The translations under genes and the position numbers were made by a program. A stretch of DNA of 64,000 nt from Candidatus Hydrothermia bacterium (GTDB lineage Bacteria > Hydrothermota > Hydrothermia > UBA1063). The stretch is from positions 275,495 through 339,494 of the forward strand of contig JBNARF010000002.1 of the NCBI GenBank assembly GCA_049719805.1, read 5' to 3'. Positions 57,867-64,000 of this stretch are shown here, in pieces; the first letter of the stretch is position 1; each line of letters begins with the position of its first letter. The notes beneath the pieces are model-generated. The model searched no databases and was not told the DNA's origin. It saw only the letters and a program-made list of their open reading frames with translations.

Positions 57867-59912
57867 ATGGATAACGTGTATAATAACATCGCCAACCTGA
57901 GGAATATAGGTTTTGCAGCTCACATAGACGCTGGTAAAACTACTACTACTGAAAGGATTTTATACTATACCAAGAAAATTCACAGGCTTGGCGATGTTGA
58001 TGAGGGGACTGCCACAACAGATTATTTAATACAAGAAAAAGAGAGAGGTATTACCATAACCAGTGCTGCTGTAAGTTGTTACTGGAAAGATCACAGGATT
58101 AACATCATAGATACGCCAGGTCATGTGGATTTTACCGTAGAAGTAGAGAGGTCTCTCAGGGTTTTGGATGGTTTGATAGTGATTTTCTGTGGAGTAGCCG
58201 GAGTTCAACCTCAGTCTGAGACGGTATGGCTCCAAGCAGATAGGTATAAAGTTCCAAGGATTGTGTTTATCAATAAGCTTGACAGAATAGGTGCGGACCC
58301 GGAGCGGGTTATTAAGGAGATAGAGGAGAAATTCAACAAAGTCGTTCTTCCTATTCAGCTTCCTGTAGGGCTTGAGGATAAGTTTGTGGGAGTTATAGAT
58401 CTTGTCGGGTTAAAAAGATATATATGGGATATTGACGAGACTGGAGAACAGTATAGAATGGAAGATGTCCCAGTTGAAGAAGTTATAAAGGAACGTGAAA
58501 AACTTGTTGACAGGCTGGCGGAAGTGGATGAGGAGGTCATTCAATACGTTCTGGATGGAAAGGATATTACAGGAGAAATTTTAGATCGGGCGATTCGAAG
58601 AGCCACAATTTCCATGAAAGCAGTCCCGGTATTTTTAGGTTCTGCGTTAAAAAATAAGGGAATTCAGCCTCTTCTTGATGGAATCATTAAGTATCTTCCA
58701 TCCCCTCTTGACAAGGGAGAAGTCTTGGGAATTGAACCCCAAACCGGAGAAAAAAGGATTAGAAAGCCACTTTATGATGAACCTTTCTCTTCTGTAGTTT
58801 TTAAAATTCAAAATGATCCCCATGCAGGAAATATTTTATATACCAGAGTTTACTCGGGTAGTATATCAGTTAATCAGAAAGTTTTGAACTCTGCAACGGG
58901 AAAGATTGAGAGAGTTTTGAGAATATACTTGCTACACGCAGATAAGAAAGAGCAAATCAAGGAGGCAAAGGCTGGGGAGATTGTTGGACTAGTGGGCGTT
59001 AGAGAAGTCAAAACAGGGGATACCCTTTGTGACCCCGGAGATCCAATTTTCTTCGAAGGGATGCATTTTCCTGATCCCCTTATTTCTATTGCTATAGAGC
59101 CCAGGTCCTCAAAGGACGAAGACAAGCTAAAGGAAGTTCTTAACATTCTTCAGATTGAAGATCCCACTTTCAGGGTGGGTAAAGATCGAGAAACCGGGCA
59201 ACTTTTAATTAGCGGTATGGGTGAACTACATCTTGAGATAATAGTGGATCGTATCGTTAGGGAGTTTAGAGTCCCTGTTAGGACCGGAAAACCACAAGTA
59301 GCTTATAGAGAAACCATTACGGAAGAGAGAGAAGTAGAAGAGCTATTTGAGAAGGAAGTGGGAAATATTAAAGAGAAAGGATTTGCTAAAGTCCGTCTCG
59401 TGCCCCGTGATCAGGGTGAAGGTAACCGGATAACCATAGGGATTGAGATTAGTCATCAATTAAGAGAGCAGTATATTAATGTCATTTCAGAGTCTCTTTC
59501 CTTCGGGCCGATCCTTGGTTACCCGGTAACTGACGTAGAGGTGATCCTAACCGCCCTAGGCGATGAGAGCATCTATACCCATCTGGGGAACGAACTTGCT
59601 TTGAGAAGAGCCATTCAAAAGGGGCTTCAAATGGCAAAGCCAGTGCTCCTTGAACCAGTGGTTGTACTCGAGGTAATTTGTCCCACAGAGTATGTAGGTA
59701 ATGTAGTAAGTGACCTTGGCCATAGGGGAGGGGAGCTGGATAAAATTGAGAGTATAAGTGAAAAAATTCAAAAAATTAGGGCTTTTGCCCCTTTGACAAA
59801 GCTCCTGGGCTATGTGACTGATTTAAGGTCTCTAACCCAGGGAAAAGCAAGCTTTTGGATGAAATTGAATCATTATGCACCAATAAAAAATGAAAAAACT
59901 GTAATAATATAA
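57867..59912 (+). CDS. fusA: Elongation factor G
   Basis: 681 aa; G1 motif [29 protein letters not shown] domains II-V. Confidence 0.95.
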   Translation: MDNVYNNIANLRNIGFAAHIDAGKTTTTERILYYTKKIHRLGDVDEGTATTDYLIQEKERGITITSAAVSCYWKDHRINIIDTPGHVDFTVEVERSLRVLDGLIVIFCGVAGVQPQSETVWLQADRYKVPRIVFINKLDRIGADPERVIKEIEEKFNKVVLPIQLPVGLEDKFVGVIDLVGLKRYIWDIDETGEQYRMEDVPVEEVIKEREKLVDRLAEVDEEVIQYVLDGKDITGEILDRAIRRATISMKAVPVFLGSALKNKGIQPLLDGIIKYLPSPLDKGEVLGIEPQTGEKRIRKPLYDEPFSSVVFKIQNDPHAGNILYTRVYSGSISVNQKVLNSATGKIERVLRIYLLHADKKEQIKEAKAGEIVGLVGVREVKTGDTLCDPGDPIFFEGMHFPDPLISIAIEPRSSKDEDKLKEVLNILQIEDPTFRVGKDRETGQLLISGMGELHLEIIVDRIVREFRVPVRTGKPQVAYRETITEEREVEELFEKEVGNIKEKGFAKVRLVPRDQGEGNRITIGIEISHQLREQYINVISESLSFGPILGYPVTDVEVILTALGDESIYTHLGNELALRRAIQKGLQMAKPVLLEPVVVLEVICPTEYVGNVVSDLGHRGGELDKIESISEKIQKIRAFAPLTKLLGYVTDLRSLTQGKASFWMKLNHYAPIKNEKTVII

Positions 59913-59928
59913 ATGGAGGTAAGTGCAA

Positions 59929-61131
59929 ATGGCTAAGGAAAAATTTGTGAGAACTAAGCCACACGTAAACGTTGGTACCATTGGTCATGTAGACCACGGA
60001 AAGAGCACATTGACAGCTGCTATTACTAAATATCTATCTCTTAAGGGATTTGCTCAGTATGTTCCTTATGATCAGATCGATAAGGCTCCTGAAGAAAGGG
60101 CTCGTGGAATTACTATTCAGCTGGCTCATATTGAGTACGAAACTGAAAAGAGACATTATGCACACATTGACTGCCCAGGACATGCAGACTACGTTAAGAA
60201 CATGATTACGGGAGCTGCCCAAATGGATGGTGCTATTCTCGTAGTTTCTGCTGCTGATGGTGTTCAGCCACAGACTAGAGAGCACGTGCTTCTTGCAAGA
60301 CAGGTGAACGTTCCTTATATTGTGGTATTTATGAACAAAATTGATATGCTTGACGACCCAGAGCTTCAGGAATTGGTGGAACTTGAAGTTAGAGACCTTC
60401 TTAATAAGTACGAATTCCCTGGTGATGAGGTCCCGGTAATAAAGGGTTCTGCCCTTAAAGTAATTGAAGAATGTGGCGAAGACGTTAATTGTAATTGGTA
60501 TAAATCAATTCAGGAGCTTCTTGACGCTCTTGATAACTACATTCCTGAACCAGTGAGAGCAGTAGATAAGCCATTCTTGATGGCCATTGAGGATATTTTC
60601 TCCATTACAGGTCGTGGAACGGTGGTTACCGGGAGAATAGAGCGTGGTAGGATAACTCCTGGTGAGGAAGTGGAGATTGTTGGCTTTAGAGATGAGCCTC
60701 TAAAGACTACGGTAACATCCATTGAAATGTTCAGGAAGGAACTTGACGAAGGATTACCTGGTGATAATGTCGGACTTCTCCTTCGTGGTGTGAAAAAAGA
60801 GGATGTAGAAAGGGGTATGGTGGTGGCAAAGCCCGGTTCAATTAAGCCTCACAAAAAGTTTAGAGCACAAGTTTACGTCCTTACAAAAGAAGAGGGTGGA
60901 AGGCATACTCCGTTCATGACGGGTTATAGACCGCAATTCTATTTTAGAACTACAGACGTTACCGGATCCATAAAACTTCCAGAGGGTCGCGAAATGGTAA
61001 TGCCTGGTGACCATGTGAACCTTGAAGTGGAACTAATGTATCCAGTTGCTATTGAAAAGGAATTGAGATTTGCTATTCGTGAGGGTGGAAGAACTGTAGG
61101 CGCTGGTGTGGTAACTGATATCGCAGAGTAA
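59929..61131 (+). CDS. tuf: Elongation factor Tu
   Basis: Canonical EF-Tu ([27 protein letters not shown]); start taken at ATG 59929 (MAKEKF...), 9 nt after GGAGG; ORF track starts at GTG 59923. Confidence 0.97.
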   Translation: MAKEKFVRTKPHVNVGTIGHVDHGKSTLTAAITKYLSLKGFAQYVPYDQIDKAPEERARGITIQLAHIEYETEKRHYAHIDCPGHADYVKNMITGAAQMDGAILVVSAADGVQPQTREHVLLARQVNVPYIVVFMNKIDMLDDPELQELVELEVRDLLNKYEFPGDEVPVIKGSALKVIEECGEDVNCNWYKSIQELLDALDNYIPEPVRAVDKPFLMAIEDIFSITGRGTVVTGRIERGRITPGEEVEIVGFRDEPLKTTVTSIEMFRKELDEGLPGDNVGLLLRGVKKEDVERGMVVAKPGSIKPHKKFRAQVYVLTKEEGGRHTPFMTGYRPQFYFRTTDVTGSIKLPEGREMVMPGDHVNLEVELMYPVAIEKELRFAIREGGRTVGAGVVTDIAE

Positions 61132-61136
61132 TAATC

Positions 61137-61451
61137 ATGGTTATCGAAGCGAAGATTAGAATAAAACTCAGGTCTTTTGATCCCGCGCTCCTGGACCGTT
61201 CAGCTCAAAGCATTGCACATACAGCCCGATCCAGTGGTGCAGAGGTTGCAGGTCCTATACCTCTTCCTTCTAAGAGAACACTGTATTCGGTAATAAGGTC
61301 ACCCCATATAGATAAAGGGTCTCAGGAGCAGTTTGAGTTAAAAATTCATAAAAGACTTATAGAGATAAGAAAGCCAACTCCCGAAACGATAGAAAAACTC
61401 TCAAGGCTGGATCTTCCCCCGGGAGTGGATGTGGAAATAAAAATGATGTGA
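61137..61451 (+). CDS. rpsJ: 30S ribosomal protein S10
   Basis: 104 aa; canonical S10 (IRIKLRSFDPALLDRS...GPIPLP). Confidence 0.95.
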   Translation: MVIEAKIRIKLRSFDPALLDRSAQSIAHTARSSGAEVAGPIPLPSKRTLYSVIRSPHIDKGSQEQFELKIHKRLIEIRKPTPETIEKLSRLDLPPGVDVEIKMM

Positions 61452-61459
61452 GGTGAATT

Positions 61460-62107
61460 ATGACAGGACTTATCGGTAGAAAGCTGGGTATGACCCAGAT
61501 CCCTACCAAAGACGGCTCGATGACCGCTGTTACGGTCATTGAAGCCGGCCCCTGTACAATATTACAGGGGAAGACTATTGAGAGGGACGGGTACACAGCC
61601 ATAAAACTTGGATTTGGCGAGGTTGCAGCAAAGAAGCTGTCAAAACCTCAGCTTGGAGAACTTAAGAAAGTTCTGGGAGAAAGGGATAAATATCCAGCAC
61701 TGGTGATAAAGGAATTTCGAGTTGAAGATCCATCAAAGTTCATGGTCGGAAAAGAGATCACTGTTACTGAGCTCTTCACAGAGGGCGAGAAGATCGACGT
61801 CACCGGCATTTCTAAGGGTAAAGGATTTCAAGGTGTTGTTAAGAGATGGGGATTTTCGGGTGGTCCTAAGAGTCACGGTTCAAAATTCCATGATAGGCCT
61901 GGATCCATCGGACAGCACACAGAACCAGCGAGAGTTTATAAGGGCAAGAAGCTTGCGGGTCATGATGGGCTTAAGAGAATTACGGTAAAGAATATAGAGA
62001 TAATTAAAATAATGCCGGAGAAGAATGTGATCCTGGTAAGGGGAGCAATACCTGGACCAACGGGTGGAATAGTCCTTATAGAGAAAGCTAAGGAGAGGCA
62101 GAAATGA
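61460..62107 (+). CDS. rplC: 50S ribosomal protein L3
   Basis: 215 aa; canonical L3 (GLIGRKLGMTQI). Confidence 0.95.
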   Translation: MTGLIGRKLGMTQIPTKDGSMTAVTVIEAGPCTILQGKTIERDGYTAIKLGFGEVAAKKLSKPQLGELKKVLGERDKYPALVIKEFRVEDPSKFMVGKEITVTELFTEGEKIDVTGISKGKGFQGVVKRWGFSGGPKSHGSKFHDRPGSIGQHTEPARVYKGKKLAGHDGLKRITVKNIEIIKIMPEKNVILVRGAIPGPTGGIVLIEKAKERQK

Positions 62108-62730
62108 AAGCACCTTTATATAGCGCAACTGGTGAATTAATTGGCGAAATTGAACTTAATGCCGAAATCTTCGGCGTGAAGCCAGAGAAGCATTTACTCT
62201 GGGAGATTTCAAAGATGTATCTCGATAACCAGAGGCAAGGAACTCATAAGGCTAAAACTCGTGCTGAAGTAAATGCGTCTGGTAGGAAGCTATGGCCTCA
62301 AAAGGGGCTAGGACGTTCACGCCACGGTGACATTAAAGCACCAATTTTTGTAGGCGGTGGTAAATCCCATGGACCCAGGCCCAGGGACTATTACCATGAT
62401 ATTCCTGTGAAAATCAGAAGAATGGCCCTAATTCATACATTATCAGATAAAGCGAGGGATAACAAGGTTCTTGTCATAGAAAAATTTGATTTTTCAGAGC
62501 CAAAGACCAGGAAGATGGCGGAGCTTTTGAGTAAAATGGGTCTCCGAGGTTCTAAGACATTAATACTCACTTCCGACTATAGCAAATATGTTTATCTTTC
62601 TGGTAGAAACATTCCAACTTGTGATGTAATTCCTGCAAAGGATGTGAATGCGCTTCATGTTTTAAATTCTAAATACGTTGTAATTGAAAAAGATGGGCTT
62701 TCTAAAATAGAGGAGAGGCTGCAATCATGA
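62104..62730 (+). CDS. rplD: 50S ribosomal protein L4
   Basis: 208 aa; L4 pattern; 4-nt overlap with rplC. Confidence 0.95.
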   Translation: MKAPLYSATGELIGEIELNAEIFGVKPEKHLLWEISKMYLDNQRQGTHKAKTRAEVNASGRKLWPQKGLGRSRHGDIKAPIFVGGGKSHGPRPRDYYHDIPVKIRRMALIHTLSDKARDNKVLVIEKFDFSEPKTRKMAELLSKMGLRGSKTLILTSDYSKYVYLSGRNIPTCDVIPAKDVNALHVLNSKYVVIEKDGLSKIEERLQS

Positions 62731-63014
62731 AAGATCCAAGAGATGTTGTTATAAGGCCAATTATCACTGAAAAAACTGCCTTGCTCAGGGAATATGGACA
62801 GTTTGTATTTGAGGTTGCTCCGAATTCCAACAAAATCGAAATTAAAAAAGCTGTCGAGGAGTTGTTTAAGGTTCATGTGGAGAAGGTAAGGGTTATAAAC
62901 GTGAAACCGAAACCTAAAAGGGTTAGACTCGCGCCAGGTTATACAAGGGGCTGGAAAAAAGCCATTGTAACATTGAGAAAGGGCGAATCTATACCATTCT
63001 TTGAAGGAGTATAA
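62727..63014 (+). CDS. rplW: 50S ribosomal protein L23
   Basis: 95 aa; L23 pattern ([10 protein letters not shown]); 4-nt overlap with rplD. Confidence 0.95.
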   Translation: MKDPRDVVIRPIITEKTALLREYGQFVFEVAPNSNKIEIKKAVEELFKVHVEKVRVINVKPKPKRVRLAPGYTRGWKKAIVTLRKGESIPFFEGV

Positions 63015-63016
63015 AG

Positions 63017-63838
63017 ATGGGCGTTAAGAAATATAAACCTTATACCCCCTCCAGACGATTTATGACAGTCTCCGATTTTTCGGAGATTACAAAAGAAGAA
63101 CCAGAAAAATCTTTAATTGTTCCTCTGAAAAAGTCTGGAGGCAGGAATAATACTGGAAGGATTACTGTAAGGTTCAGAGGCGGTGGTCACAAGCGTCACT
63201 ATAGAATTATCGATTTTAAAAGGGATAAACATGGCGTACCGGGAAAGGTGATATCCATTGAATATGACCCCAACAGAACTGCCAGAATCGCCCTGATTCA
63301 ATATGCCGATGGTGAGAAGAGGTACATTATTGCACCCCACGAACTGAAAGTTGGTGATACCATTATGTCTGGTCCGAATGCAGAAGTTAAGGTCGGAAAT
63401 GCCCTTCCCCTGGCTAATATTCCTGAGGGGATTCCCATCCACAATATTGAACTTGTTCCTGGCAAGGGTGGTCAGCTTGTTAGGGCTGCCGGATCCAGCG
63501 CAGTTATCTTGTCCAAAGAAGGGAATTATGCTTATGTTCAGCTTCCTTCGGGTGAAGTAAGGATGATAAATCTGAAGTGCTACGCCACAATTGGTCAGGT
63601 TTCTAACATTGATCATGAAAATGTTATAATCGGAAAAGCTGGTAGAACGAGATGGCTTGGTAGAAGACCCCACGTCAGGGGCATGGTTATGAATCCAGTG
63701 GATCATCCTCTTGGGGGTGGCGAGGGAAGATCGAAGTCAGGAAGGCATCCATGTAGTCCTACAGGTGTTGTTGATGGCAAGAAGACCAGGAAGAAGAGGA
63801 AACCGGGTAGTAGATTTATTGTAAGGAGGCGGAAATAA
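63017..63838 (+). CDS. rplB: 50S ribosomal protein L2
   Basis: 273 aa; canonical L2 ([37 protein letters not shown]). Confidence 0.97.
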   Translation: MGVKKYKPYTPSRRFMTVSDFSEITKEEPEKSLIVPLKKSGGRNNTGRITVRFRGGGHKRHYRIIDFKRDKHGVPGKVISIEYDPNRTARIALIQYADGEKRYIIAPHELKVGDTIMSGPNAEVKVGNALPLANIPEGIPIHNIELVPGKGGQLVRAAGSSAVILSKEGNYAYVQLPSGEVRMINLKCYATIGQVSNIDHENVIIGKAGRTRWLGRRPHVRGMVMNPVDHPLGGGEGRSKSGRHPCSPTGVVDGKKTRKKRKPGSRFIVRRRK

Positions 63839-64000
63839 TGGGCAGATCTTCTAAAAAGGGACCTTTTGTAAACGAAAAGTTACTCAAGAAGATTTTAGAA
63901 ATGAACGAAAAGGGTGAAAAGAAAGTTATAAAGACATACTCCAGAGCCTCTACTATAACCCCCGATTTCGTGGGACATACCATTGCAGTTCATAATGGCA
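63838..64000 (+). CDS. rpsS: 30S ribosomal protein S19 (3'-partial, continues past window end)
   Basis: Not in ORF track (truncated). ATG at 63838 overlaps the rplB stop (TAATG); translation [54 protein letters not shown] matches S19. Confidence 0.9.
   Translation, partial: MGRSSKKGPFVNEKLLKKILEMNEKGEKKVIKTYSRASTITPDFVGHTIAVHNG

Noticed and set aside
57867-59912. Possibility that the str-operon EF-G is a divergent EF-G2 paralogue
   Set aside because: G-domain motifs, length (681 aa) and position between rpsG and tuf are canonical; the minor N-terminal differences are not enough to call a paralogue
63113-63706. 197-aa minus-strand ORF
   Set aside because: Antisense to the highly conserved rplB gene; shadow ORF

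Overview
This window reads as a low-GC, Lys/Glu/Ile-rich (thermophile-like) bacterial chromosome segment, roughly 95% coding, organised in long co-directional operons. All calls rest on reading the supplied translations and sequence by eye; no database search or computation was run. (1) 1-14.1 kb: housekeeping genes on both strands (beta-CASP MBL nuclease, MtaD-like amidohydrolase, DUF59 proteins, coaE, UbiA prenyltransferase, cdd, rlmN, a class III aminotransferase) plus a coiled-coil/MBL fusion and a P-loop NTPase of uncertain family. (2) 14.2-35.8 kb, plus strand: a cell-envelope block (YfhO-like and flippase-like membrane proteins, endonuclease III-like glycosylase, NamZ/DUF1343 next to a fused nucleotidyltransferase-kinase) followed by a ~12 kb type IV pilus operon. 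The most unusual gene in the window heads that operon: a GspE-N-type domain fused to a DnaA/Hda-like AAA+ ATPase (23047..24288). The operon continues with fused PilM-PilN, a lipoprotein, PilO, an AMIN-PilP fusion, a minimal PilQ secretin, four minor pilins and a 1190-aa PilY1-like protein with a vWA MIDAS motif, then LemA and a strong terminator. No PilB/PilT ATPase, PilC platform or major pilin is in the window. (3) 35.8-45.5 kb, minus strand: rpsP-KH-rimM-trmD-rplS fused to rpe, rpiB, ilvE, fumarase alpha, malic enzyme, maf and thyX. (4) 45.6-64 kb, plus strand: tRNA-Arg(CCT), tRNA-Trp(CCA), then rpmG-secE-nusG-rplKAJL-rpoBC-rpsLG-fusA-tuf-rpsJ-rplCDWB-rpsS (3' partial) with almost no intergenic space. 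No CRISPR array, transposase, integrase or recognisable defence gene was found.
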